DNA of 64,000 nucleotides from Candidatus Woesearchaeota archaeon. GTDB taxonomy: Archaea; Nanobdellota; Nanobdellia; Pacearchaeales; GW2011-AR1. The stretch covers positions 8,248 through 72,247 of the forward strand of contig CAZGIL010000001.1 in assembly GCA_964526265.1 (NCBI GenBank). The letters are read 5' to 3'. The position numbers were made by a program, and so were the translations under genes. The notes under the pieces were generated by a model. The model saw only the letters and a list, made by a program, of their open reading frames with translations. It had not been told where the DNA came from and did not search any database. Each line of letters starts with the position of its first letter. Position 1 is the first letter of the stretch. Positions 19,691 to 28,526 of the stretch are shown here, one piece after another.

Positions 19691-20754
19691 CTTGAAAAAG
19701 TCCAGAGTTTGTTTCCAAAAAAGTTAATTATCAGCGATATTCCAATTGCAAAAACCTGGGATATAAGGTAGTAAATGCCCCAAATCTCTGTAAAGAGATA
19801 TAAAAACAATAAATTTACTCCCAAAGCAGCTATGCTCACTAAACTAAACTGTAGATATTTTCTCCCAAGATTTATTTTCATCCTCTCTCCAAACGTCCAA
19901 AGTTTATTTAAAATAAAATTAATAGTCATAGCAACACCAAAAGCAAAAATTGCAGAAACAAGATAATAAACTCCAAATTTTTCGGTTAACAGAAATAAAA
20001 TTATTATATTAATAATGGTGCCAATTCCACCAACAATCGCGAATTTAACAAATTGCTTAATTGTTTCTCTTGTATATCTTAAATATCCAAGAAGATTCCC
20101 GAGATAATAAAAAATTTCTCCCATTCCCGCCTTGCTCTTTCCCTCAATACGATTAATAAAAGTTATTGGAATTTCTTTTATTTTATGATAATTTCCTTTT
20201 ACAATAACCTCTAAAAGAATCTTAAATCCTTTTGGATTAAGGACCACTCCAATTACACATTCTTTCCTTATCATAAAAAAACCGGACATCGGATCTTTAA
20301 CCTTGGTATAAACCTTGGAAAGAAGTGTAGCTGTTTTAGACATTATCTTTCTCTTAAAACCCCAACCTTCTATTTTTCCTCCCCTAACATACCTACTTCC
20401 AATAGAAAAGTCTGCTTCCCCGTTAGCAATCGAAAAGAATAGTTCTCCTATCTTATCGGTAGGGTGGCTTAAATCTGCATCCATAACTCCTAAAATATCC
20501 CCGGTTGCAATCTCCCACCCACTCAAAACCGCTGAAGAAAGTCCAAGTTTTCCTTTTCGATGAATAACTTTAATATTTTTCTGTTCTTTTTGTAAATCAT
20601 CTGCAATATCTCCGGTACCATCCGGAGAATTATCATCAACCAGAATTATTTCCCCCTCTATTTTATTTGCCTTAAACTCTTTTTGGATAGCACCAACAAC
20701 TCTCCTAAGATTCTCCTTCTCATTATATGTTGGCAGAACCAAACTCAGTTTCAT
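19687..20754 (-). CDS. Dolichyl-phosphate mannose/glucose synthase-like GT2 fused to a C-terminal GtrA-like membrane domain
   Basis: LSLVLPTYNEKENL, VDDNSPDGT, DADLSH (DxD). Four C-terminal TM helices of GtrA type. 4-nt overlap with the upstream GT-C gene. Confidence 0.8.
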   Translation of the reverse strand: MKLSLVLPTYNEKENLRRVVGAIQKEFKANKIEGEIILVDDNSPDGTGDIADDLQKEQKNIKVIHRKGKLGLSSAVLSGWEIATGDILGVMDADLSHPTDKIGELFFSIANGEADFSIGSRYVRGGKIEGWGFKRKIMSKTATLLSKVYTKVKDPMSGFFMIRKECVIGVVLNPKGFKILLEVIVKGNYHKIKEIPITFINRIEGKSKAGMGEIFYYLGNLLGYLRYTRETIKQFVKFAIVGGIGTIINIIILFLLTEKFGVYYLVSAIFAFGVAMTINFILNKLWTFGERMKINLGRKYLQFSLVSIAALGVNLLFLYLFTEIWGIYYLISQVFAIGISLIINFFGNKLWTFSR

Positions 20755-20838
20755 TGTAAGGGGAAATATCCAGCATTTAAAATATTATCTTATCATTACA
20801 ACGCTTAAATTTAAATATGCCAAGTTTTTTGTACAAAT

Positions 20839-21180
20839 ATGCTAGGACTAGGTGGGTTAAATCCCAAAAAAATGCAAGCCCTTATGAAACAAATGGGCAT
20901 GTCTCAGAAAGAGATAGACGCCTCACGAGTTATTATAGAAAAAAAAGACGATTCAAACATAATAATAGAAAATCCTTCTGTAATGAAGGTAACAATGCAA
21001 GGACAAGAGAGTTTTCAGATTTCGGGAGATATTACTGAATCTTGTACAGAACTAAAAATCTCGGAAGAAGACGTAAAGCAGGTAATGGAGAAAACCGGCT
21101 GCACCGAAACCCAAGCAAAAGAAGTTTTAGAGTCTGTAAATGGTGATTTGGCTGAAGCGATTTTGGAATTATCCGCTTAA
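20839..21180 (+). CDS. nac: Nascent polypeptide-associated complex protein (archaeal NAC alpha) with C-terminal UBA
   Basis: The N-terminus LGGLNPKKMQALMKQMGM is typical of aNAC. NAC domain. C-terminal UBA-like EVLESVNGDLAEAILEL. Confidence 0.8.
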   Translation: MLGLGGLNPKKMQALMKQMGMSQKEIDASRVIIEKKDDSNIIIENPSVMKVTMQGQESFQISGDITESCTELKISEEDVKQVMEKTGCTETQAKEVLESVNGDLAEAILELSA

Positions 21181-21220
21181 AACACCAAATACTTATTAAT
21201 TCCAACATCCTCTAATTCTG

Positions 21221-21700
21221 ATGGAAAAACTACTCTTTAACCTAATTGAAGCAGAAAGAACAATAATGGCAACAGACCACCTTATTTATGTTACCTTCCC
21301 CCTAATAAAAAATAAGAGACTTCTTCTAAAAGCAATGGTAGATCTAAAAAATGCAATAGCCAAGTGCATAAATTCTATCTTACAGTATGAATATATCTTT
21401 AGGAGAATACGCCTTTCCAAAGACCCAAAGACAAATTTAGAAACTTTCCTCAAAAAATCCGCTCCAAACAACGGAATAGGCGTTTCAGAAACACGTCAAA
21501 TTATCGAATTATTTGGGCTTGTAAAAAAACACGAAGAAAGCCCGATGGAATTCGTGAGAAAAGAGAAAATTGTGATTCTCTCAGCAAATTTACACAAGGA
21601 CATAATAACTTTAGAAGACATCAAAAGATTCCTAATTCTTTCAAAAACTATCCTAAAAAAGACACAAGAAATAATCGACCCAAAATTGAGAAAGATATAA
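21221..21700 (+). CDS. Hypothetical protein, paralogue A of a tandem pair
   Basis: 159 aa. Shares the N-terminal motif (I/M)xADHL(I/L)YV(T/S) and overall helical K/E-rich character with the next ORF. Confidence 0.35.
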   Translation: MEKLLFNLIEAERTIMATDHLIYVTFPLIKNKRLLLKAMVDLKNAIAKCINSILQYEYIFRRIRLSKDPKTNLETFLKKSAPNNGIGVSETRQIIELFGLVKKHEESPMEFVRKEKIVILSANLHKDIITLEDIKRFLILSKTILKKTQEIIDPKLRKI

Positions 21701-21754
21701 AAAGACCCTTTCTTTAACAATGTCTGACGTCAATTTTCAAATTTTGAGGTAATA

Positions 21755-22195
21755 ATGGAAGAAATAATTCAAGAAAAAATAAGCGCAGACCACCTTTTGT
21801 ATGTGAGTTTGAAGTACACAAAAACCTGTGATGTAATTCTAAATCTAATAAGAAGATGGACAAAAATGATAGAAACAAGCATAGAAGAGATTCTCAAACG
21901 CGCTAAAAAGAAAAAAAAGATATCATCCATCCCCTCTAGCCCGCTTGGAAAACTTGAAACCATTAAGAAACTCTTCAAAAAAGATGGAAACTTCACGCAA
22001 GTAATAGAAATTTACGAGATGTTTAGGAAAATAGATGAACTCCGAACAGAGAGAATAGGCGAATTCAGAAAAAATGTCAATCTTAAGGTACTTTACAAGG
22101 GAGAAGAGATAAATATCAACCTCGAACAGCTTAAAATCTATTCCGAGATGCTCGAAAAGTTTATAAGCACTACAAAACAATTTCTTCTATCATAA
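21755..22195 (+). CDS. Hypothetical protein, paralogue B of a tandem pair
   Basis: 146 aa. ISADHLLYVSLKYTK... parallels IMATDHLIYVTFPLIK... of the upstream ORF. Confidence 0.35.
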   Translation: MEEIIQEKISADHLLYVSLKYTKTCDVILNLIRRWTKMIETSIEEILKRAKKKKKISSIPSSPLGKLETIKKLFKKDGNFTQVIEIYEMFRKIDELRTERIGEFRKNVNLKVLYKGEEININLEQLKIYSEMLEKFISTTKQFLLS

Positions 22196-22242
22196 GGAGT
22201 ACAACCTTCTTATTTGATGCCATTTAGGCGTCCATTAAAAAA

Positions 22243-23016
22243 ATGTCAAGAGTAATCGTTATAACATCGGGAAAAGGGGGGGTAGGAAAAACAACTTCTG
22301 CAATAAACCTCGGAGCGGCTATAAACTTCTTCGGAGGAAACGTGCTTGTTGTAGACGGAAACCTCTCAACTCCAAATATAGGAATACATTTAGGCTCTCC
22401 AGAGGTGCCAATAAATCTAAATCACGTAATAAGAAAGAAAGCGGATGTATTTGAAGCGGTTTACGAACACGAATCAGGAATTAAAATAATGCCTGCATCT
22501 CTTTCAATAAAAGAATCTGATAAAATAAACCCAGAAAAAATAGGTGAAATAAAAAAAGAGCTAGCAAAGGTTTCAGATTTTGTCCTAATTGATAGTGCGG
22601 CAGGATTGGGAAGAGAAGCAATATCTGTAATAAAGATGGCAGACGAGCTCATTGTAGTTACAAATCCAGAAATGCCCGCGATTACTGATGCTTTAAAGGC
22701 AATAAAAATAGCAGAAAGAGAAAACAAAGAAGTCCTTGGAATTATTATGACTCGTGTTAAAAAAAATAATATAGAACTTTCTCCAGAAACCGTAAAAGAA
22801 ATGCTCGAAATACCAATCCTGGGAATGGTTCCAGAAGACGAAAACATTTCAAGAGCATTGAGTATGAAAGATGCAGTAATTCATACTCATCCAAAAAGCA
22901 AATCTGCAAGAGCTTACAAAGAAATTGCGGCAAAGATTATGGGAGTGAGTTACGATTCAGACAAAGACAAAGAATCTATTTGGGCAAGAATCGCAAATAT
23001 GTTTAAGAAAAATTAG
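22243..23016 (+). CDS. minD: MinD/ParA-family P-loop ATPase (archaeal MinD-like)
   Basis: Deviant Walker A with signature lysine VITSGKGGVGKTT. Walker B VLIDSAAG. Confidence 0.8.
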   Translation: MSRVIVITSGKGGVGKTTSAINLGAAINFFGGNVLVVDGNLSTPNIGIHLGSPEVPINLNHVIRKKADVFEAVYEHESGIKIMPASLSIKESDKINPEKIGEIKKELAKVSDFVLIDSAAGLGREAISVIKMADELIVVTNPEMPAITDALKAIKIAERENKEVLGIIMTRVKKNNIELSPETVKEMLEIPILGMVPEDENISRALSMKDAVIHTHPKSKSARAYKEIAAKIMGVSYDSDKDKESIWARIANMFKKN

Positions 23017-24089
23017 AGATAATATTTCTTATATTCATGGCAACACGGATTTCCATGACAAACCATCATCCATTTTTCTTTTGGATTAATAATGTATGAG
23101 GCGATTGTAGGGGGATAATACTTACTGTGCGGATTCATCTCATGGTCACATATTCCTCCGGTATGATTTGTCATAACTTTCTTGACAGAATTAATTGTAA
23201 GTTCTTCTTCATTTTCTAAAATCTTAACAGCTTGCTTATATCTTCTAACAGAATCGTGAGGCACGTTGTACTTTCTGTCATACTTTTTTAATAGGGGATG
23301 ATTAGTATGAACCAAAAACCTCTTTCCATAGAAGATTTCCTCGTTATTCCAAAGTTCTTCAACGTCCATAAACTTTTTATTAGACCATGCAAGAAGAGTG
23401 TTTGCTGCAGTAGTTCCATCCGTTCCCAGAATTCTTACTGCATCCTTCAAGTTCTTTGCATCCAGTAAAGCTCTTAATTGAAAACTTCTTGGAATTCCCG
23501 GAGACATTTTTGTATATAAAAGCGAATTATCTGTGTAAGCTAAACCATGTGAATTTAAACTTACAGAACTTCCCACCATACTTCCAATAAATGAAGAAGC
23601 AATAAACTTATTTTTACCTATCCTTCCCTTTATTACAACAAGACCATTCTTTTTACACTCTGGAAACCAATCTTCATTGTGACCAATAAGAATTTTTCCA
23701 TCATCAGTCCTTACCGCAATACTTGTACAATGCAGAATCTTAAAATCAACAACCTCATTCTCACACATTAAAATAAAAAGTTCTTCGAAAGGAACCTCTG
23801 CACCATTTGCCATTGCTTGTGCTTCAATTAAAAGATGTGGGAAATGCTTCTTTATCGCAGGTATAAACTTTTCTGATTTTTTTGTCAACATAGAAAACTC
23901 TTCCCTATTACGAGAATTTTCCCAATATACAATTTTATTCTTCTTTAATCTGTACCGAATTTCCTTCTTAAGCGCCTTCCCAAGTTTATATCCAAACTCA
24001 TAATTATTCTTTGCACTTATTTCCAAAAACGGAATTCCTCCTCTTTTCATAATTAAATTATATTTCCTAGATTTATAAAGATATTTCAA
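23013..24089 (-). CDS. Peptidase C45 / acyl-CoA:6-APA acyltransferase-like Ntn hydrolase
   Basis: HCTSIAV (candidate autoproteolytic nucleophile Cys), then NEDW and HTNH-type motifs typical of the AAT/C45 fold. Confidence 0.5.
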   Translation of the reverse strand: MKYLYKSRKYNLIMKRGGIPFLEISAKNNYEFGYKLGKALKKEIRYRLKKNKIVYWENSRNREEFSMLTKKSEKFIPAIKKHFPHLLIEAQAMANGAEVPFEELFILMCENEVVDFKILHCTSIAVRTDDGKILIGHNEDWFPECKKNGLVVIKGRIGKNKFIASSFIGSMVGSSVSLNSHGLAYTDNSLLYTKMSPGIPRSFQLRALLDAKNLKDAVRILGTDGTTAANTLLAWSNKKFMDVEELWNNEEIFYGKRFLVHTNHPLLKKYDRKYNVPHDSVRRYKQAVKILENEEELTINSVKKVMTNHTGGICDHEMNPHSKYYPPTIASYIINPKEKWMMVCHGNPCCHEYKKYYL

Positions 24090-24091
24090 AA

Positions 24092-24430
24092 TCAGCCAAC
24101 CCCGCTTCCATTCTCAATCTCTTTATCAACGCTCAGCAAAACAACCTTTTCATGTTCATCGTCCGAAGCAGCCAAGAGCATCCCCTGACTCTCCACGCCA
24201 CGCATTTTCCGTGGCGTCAGGTTTGCAACAATAATAATTTTCTTTCCAATCAGTTCTTCAGAAGAATAATGTTGCTTAATCCCCGCACAAATCGTTCTCT
24301 CTCCAAGTTCACCAACATTTAAACTCAACTTCCAGAGTTTATCGGCTCCTTCAATCTCTTCAACATTTATTATCTTTGCGACTCTTAAATCAAGTTTTTC
24401 AAAATCTCCAAACTCAATAATACCTTCCAT
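24092..24430 (-). CDS. Stand-alone tRNA-binding domain protein (Trbp111/CsaA/EMAPII-like; equivalent to the C-terminal domain of long MetRS)
   Basis: DLRVAKIINVEEIEGADKLWKLSLNVGE...IIVANLTPRKMRGVESQGMLLAA is the OB-fold tRNA-binding domain signature (DLRVG.I...HP.ADKL...V..G, then SEGM). Confidence 0.75.
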   Translation of the reverse strand: MEGIIEFGDFEKLDLRVAKIINVEEIEGADKLWKLSLNVGELGERTICAGIKQHYSSEELIGKKIIIVANLTPRKMRGVESQGMLLAASDDEHEKVVLLSVDKEIENGSGVG

Positions 24431-24461
24431 AATTAAACTCAGAAAAATAACTTATTTAAAT

Positions 24462-24935
24462 TTATCCTACTGCATTTGCAGGAGCCTTTCTTTGCTGATA
24501 CTCTAAAACTAATTCTTTAACAAAACTTCCATGGCACTCAATACAAGTATACAAATCCATCGAAACATCTCCCAGACTTTCAACTCCCGTATGAAGAAAT
24601 AGAGAATTATACTTATCACAAGTAGGGCAGTAACCTGCTAAAACCTTACCGCTTCTTTTGTGATAATCTACTATTACACGAGATGCTTCCTTCAGCTTTG
24701 CTCTTGCAATTTCTTCAGGAGAAATATCTGCACAAGAAACACCCCTCATCCTTTCCCTTAAAACAGGTTCTTCCTCAGGATGAGCCTCAACAAACCTCTT
24801 TAATGTTCTCCCAACATTCTCATATTCCTCATTTGTTCTGCAATCTCCACGAGACAATGAAAACTCTCTAGAACCATTCCCTACACCCCCTTTTGCATCA
24901 ACCGTCCCAACAGTTGTATTAACACTGACGCCCAT
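24462..24935 (-). CDS. Hypothetical Zn-ribbon protein (157 aa), GC-richer than neighbours
   Basis: CPTCDK...CIECHG pair. No family recognised. Sits between metG and the detached tRNA-binding domain gene. Confidence 0.3.
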   Translation of the reverse strand: MGVSVNTTVGTVDAKGGVGNGSREFSLSRGDCRTNEEYENVGRTLKRFVEAHPEEEPVLRERMRGVSCADISPEEIARAKLKEASRVIVDYHKRSGKVLAGYCPTCDKYNSLFLHTGVESLGDVSMDLYTCIECHGSFVKELVLEYQQRKAPANAVG

Positions 24936-24969
24936 AGATAAAGGGGGTAAGAAGAAGTCGTATTTAAAC

Positions 24970-26337
24970 CTATATTTTTTCGAACAATATTCCGACTTTC
25001 TTAATTTTATCTGTTTTAAACTGTTTTTTTATCTTTTCTGCAGTTTCTGGAATAAATGGCGAAAGTAATTCTGAAAGTTTTCTTATACTTTCTACCAATT
25101 CAAACAAAACTTTTCTATCCTTGGTTTCCCACGGTTTCTTACTTTGGACGTATTCATTACAATTATCAATAAAAGCAAATATTAAATCAAGCGCCTTATC
25201 CAGCTCAAAATTTTCTATCTTTTTTTCAATTTCTTTTTCTTTTAATTTCTTAATTAATTTATTTGGACACTTCTCAATACCATATTTCTCCACAAGAGCG
25301 GCAACCCTTGAAACCAGATTTCCTAATTTATTTGCAAGTTCATCGTTATGCCTTTGAATTAATATTTCTTCAGAATAATCCGAATCATCAAAAACAGAAC
25401 ATCTTAAGAGAGAGTATCTAACGCTATCCGCAGAATACTTTTTCAATAACTCAAGGGGATCAACCGAGTTCCCTAAACTCTTAGACATCTTCTTTCCTTT
25501 AGAAATTAGATAACCATGAACAAGTAACTTTCCGGGAAGTTTATATCCCGCGGACATTAAGAGTGCCGGCCATATAACCGAATGAAACCAATTAATCCCC
25601 TTTCCAATAACATGCACATCTGCAGGCCATCTTTCCTTTGCCCCAGAAATATAATTAATTAAAGCATCAATCCAAACATAAACCTTAAATTCCTTATCAC
25701 CCGGAAAATCAATTCCTAAATCAACCCCTTTTCTGCTTACACATAAATCATTAAGTCCTTCTTTTAACCGGTTGAGAATTTCATTTTTCTTCTCCTTAGG
25801 AAGGATATAATTTTCAGCAAATTTAATCAATTTATCCTTATATTTACTCAATCTGAAAAAATAAGCTTCTTCTTTTCGATACTCTGGTTTTTTATCGTGC
25901 TCCGGACATTTTCCATCAACTAAATCTTTCTCGGTCAAAAAACTCTCGCAACCAACACAATAATTTCCTTCATAGTTTCCCTTATAAATATCTCCTGCAG
26001 CAATAACCTTCTTCAGCACCTCTTGAACAACGTTTCCGTGCTCTTTTGCAGTTGTTCGGATAAACTTATCATGACTAATATTTAATTTCTCAACTAATTC
26101 TAAAAAGAAGCCAGTATTTTCATCTATAAATTTCTTAACACTCACTCCTGCAGCTTCCGCAGCCTGAACATTTTTCTGTGCATTTTCATCAACCCCCGTA
26201 AGGAAAAAGACATCCTCTCCCTTCAAACGATGATATCTCGCTATAGCATCCGCTAAACATTTCTCAAACGCATGCCCTACATGAGGTTTTGCATTAACAT
26301 AGTCTATTGCAGTAGTAATGTAAAATTTCTTTGCCAT
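24970..26337 (-). CDS. metG: Methionyl-tRNA synthetase, catalytic core only (no C-terminal tRNA-binding domain)
   Basis: PHVGHAFEKCLADAIARYHRLKGEDVFFLTG. Zn knuckle CVGCESF...CPEH. KMSKSLGNSVDP. Confidence 0.9.
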   Translation of the reverse strand: MAKKFYITTAIDYVNAKPHVGHAFEKCLADAIARYHRLKGEDVFFLTGVDENAQKNVQAAEAAGVSVKKFIDENTGFFLELVEKLNISHDKFIRTTAKEHGNVVQEVLKKVIAAGDIYKGNYEGNYCVGCESFLTEKDLVDGKCPEHDKKPEYRKEEAYFFRLSKYKDKLIKFAENYILPKEKKNEILNRLKEGLNDLCVSRKGVDLGIDFPGDKEFKVYVWIDALINYISGAKERWPADVHVIGKGINWFHSVIWPALLMSAGYKLPGKLLVHGYLISKGKKMSKSLGNSVDPLELLKKYSADSVRYSLLRCSVFDDSDYSEEILIQRHNDELANKLGNLVSRVAALVEKYGIEKCPNKLIKKLKEKEIEKKIENFELDKALDLIFAFIDNCNEYVQSKKPWETKDRKVLFELVESIRKLSELLSPFIPETAEKIKKQFKTDKIKKVGILFEKI

Positions 26338-26405
26338 ATTTTCCTCAGATAAAGCTAATATAAAAACTTAACTTTTATTAAGCTAATTTACTCTTAATTT
26401 AAAAG

Positions 26406-27806
26406 ATGGTACAAAAAATAAAAAATAAGAGTGAAAATGGAGATTCTCCGCAAGTAAAAAAGCTTAAAAGTCAGGCTAGAGAAAAAAGCATCCAGGAAGG
26501 CATTTATGCTTCGGGAAGTTACGCTTTTGGAAGTTCTTATGTTTCTCCATTTGCAATTGCGCTTAAATCAAGTGATTCTCTTGTTGCACTTCTTAGTTCG
26601 GTTGCAGGTTTATTGGGCCCACTAAGTCAGATGATAGGCTCCAAATTTATGAGAAAGTATTCTAGAAAAAAAATAGTACTTGGAGCTGTACTTCTTGAAG
26701 CATTGGCCTGGCTTCCTTTTGCACTAATCGCTTTTCTATTTTATAAAAATATTTTAGTTGGAATCCTTCCAACCTTTGTACTCCTTATCTTTGCATTTTA
26801 TACCATATCCGGAAACTTTGCCGGCCCCGCCTGGTTCTCGTGGATGGGAGATATAACCGAAGAAAAAAAGAGGGGGCAATACTTTTCCTTAAGAAATCTT
26901 TTAACCGGATTTGTCTCTATGGCACTTGCAATAATCGCCTCCTTTTTCCTAGACTATTCTAAGAAAAACAATTGGATAATGTTTGGATTTATGTTCCTTT
27001 TCTTGCTAGCATTCCTAATGAGAATAAAATCATGGAATCTCTTTAAAACACAATATGAGCCAGAAATTAAAATTGATAAGAAAGATAATTTTACGTTTTG
27101 GGAGTTCTTAACTAAAGCTCCAAAAACAAATTTTGGAAGATATGCAATTTATCGCTCCTTGCTTGCTTTTGGGTACTCAATATCTGCACCACTTCTTGCA
27201 GTTTATTTATTAAGAAATCTCGGTTTTGGGTATGTTGTTTACATGATAATTGCTTATTCTGCGACAATTTTCTCACTAATGGTAATGAGAATATGGGGAA
27301 ACTTTGGAGACAAATGGGGAAACTATCGGATTATTGTAATCACCTCAATTTTAATGCCTCTAATTCCCCTTGCATGGATTCTTAACACCTCTCCAATTTA
27401 CCTACTAATCATTCCCTCACTAATCAGCGGAATAGCTTGGGCAGGATTTAACCTCGCATCTGGTAATTTCATTTATGATAATGTTCGCCCAGAAAAAAGA
27501 GGAACCGCAATTTCTTATTACAACATGCTTCAGGGGATTGGAGTTGCTGCGGGAGCGGGAGTTGGAGCAATACTTATTAAAATACTAAACGCCACAACAA
27601 GCTCCCCTATTGCAATCATTTTTATCATCAGCGCCATAGTTCAGATGATTGTAATTTTCTTTGGACTACAAAAGATAGAAGAAGTAAAAAACAAAAACAA
27701 GTTCGATGGAAAGGCAGCATTGAAGAATATAATATTCAAGCAAATCCGTCCAACGATTATGGGTGAAGCTCAAAATATCCTTTCGATACCAAAATACCTA
27801 AAATAA
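26406..27806 (+). CDS. Major facilitator superfamily transporter
   Basis: About 12 predicted TM helices in a 6+6 arrangement with a central loop. Confidence 0.65.
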   Translation: MVQKIKNKSENGDSPQVKKLKSQAREKSIQEGIYASGSYAFGSSYVSPFAIALKSSDSLVALLSSVAGLLGPLSQMIGSKFMRKYSRKKIVLGAVLLEALAWLPFALIAFLFYKNILVGILPTFVLLIFAFYTISGNFAGPAWFSWMGDITEEKKRGQYFSLRNLLTGFVSMALAIIASFFLDYSKKNNWIMFGFMFLFLLAFLMRIKSWNLFKTQYEPEIKIDKKDNFTFWEFLTKAPKTNFGRYAIYRSLLAFGYSISAPLLAVYLLRNLGFGYVVYMIIAYSATIFSLMVMRIWGNFGDKWGNYRIIVITSILMPLIPLAWILNTSPIYLLIIPSLISGIAWAGFNLASGNFIYDNVRPEKRGTAISYYNMLQGIGVAAGAGVGAILIKILNATTSSPIAIIFIISAIVQMIVIFFGLQKIEEVKNKNKFDGKAALKNIIFKQIRPTIMGEAQNILSIPKYLK

Positions 27807-27848
27807 GTCATCCCAAAAACTTATAAAGAAAATCGTCTTCTCAAAAAC

Positions 27849-28526
27849 ATGTTCGGAAAAAAGAAATGCCAAAAGTGTGGAAAGGGAATAGAAAAGAGTT
27901 ACGAATTCTGCCCTTACTGCGGAAAACCAACTAAAGAAAGCTCTCCAGAAGACTTCGGGATGCTTGGAAAAGGGGATTTGGAAGAAGAGGAAAATTTGTT
28001 CACCAATCCTATGTTTGGGGGAATTGGAGGGAACATGCTTAATAAGATGCTTGGAAATGCAATGAAAATGCTTGAAAAAGAGATGAAAAAAGGCGTGGAA
28101 GAGCAAAACACCCAAAAAACAAATACTAATTTTGAACTTTTTATAAATGGAAAAAGGGTAAACCCCCAAAACATAAAAGTTACGAAAAGACCAATGGTTC
28201 AAAAACCAATTCAGATAAAAGAAAACCAAATTCGAGAAACAAACCAGAGGTTCACAAAACAAAAAACAGAAAAATTTGGAAAGCTTCCAAAAAAATCTCC
28301 CCTAACAAATGTAAGAAGATTTTCAAACAAAGTAGTTTACGAAGTACTTATTCCAGGAGTAGCCTCCATAGAAGATATATCTATAACCAAACTCGAAAAT
28401 AGCATAGAAATACGTGCAATTGCAAAAGATAAAGCTTACGAAAAAATAATTCCAATTGCTCTTCCTATTATAAGTAAAAATCTATCAAAAGGAAAACTGA
28501 CTTTAGAATTAAAGGCACAAGATTAA
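27849..28526 (+). CDS. Zn-ribbon plus alpha-crystallin/Hsp20-like domain protein
   Basis: N-terminal CQKCG...CPYCG ribbon. Met/Gly-rich linker. C-terminal VVYEVLIPGVASIEDISITKLENSIEIRA resembles the sHSP ACD core. Confidence 0.4.
   Translation: MFGKKKCQKCGKGIEKSYEFCPYCGKPTKESSPEDFGMLGKGDLEEEENLFTNPMFGGIGGNMLNKMLGNAMKMLEKEMKKGVEEQNTQKTNTNFELFINGKRVNPQNIKVTKRPMVQKPIQIKENQIRETNQRFTKQKTEKFGKLPKKSPLTNVRRFSNKVVYEVLIPGVASIEDISITKLENSIEIRAIAKDKAYEKIIPIALPIISKNLSKGKLTLELKAQD

Noticed and set aside
22461-22847. 128-aa ORF antisense to minD
   Set aside because: Ser/Ile-rich shadow frame fully inside a strongly supported MinD gene.
27798-28262. 154-aa and 86-aa minus-strand ORFs
   Set aside because: Antisense to the Zn-ribbon/ACD gene. 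Phe/Ser-rich shadow frames.
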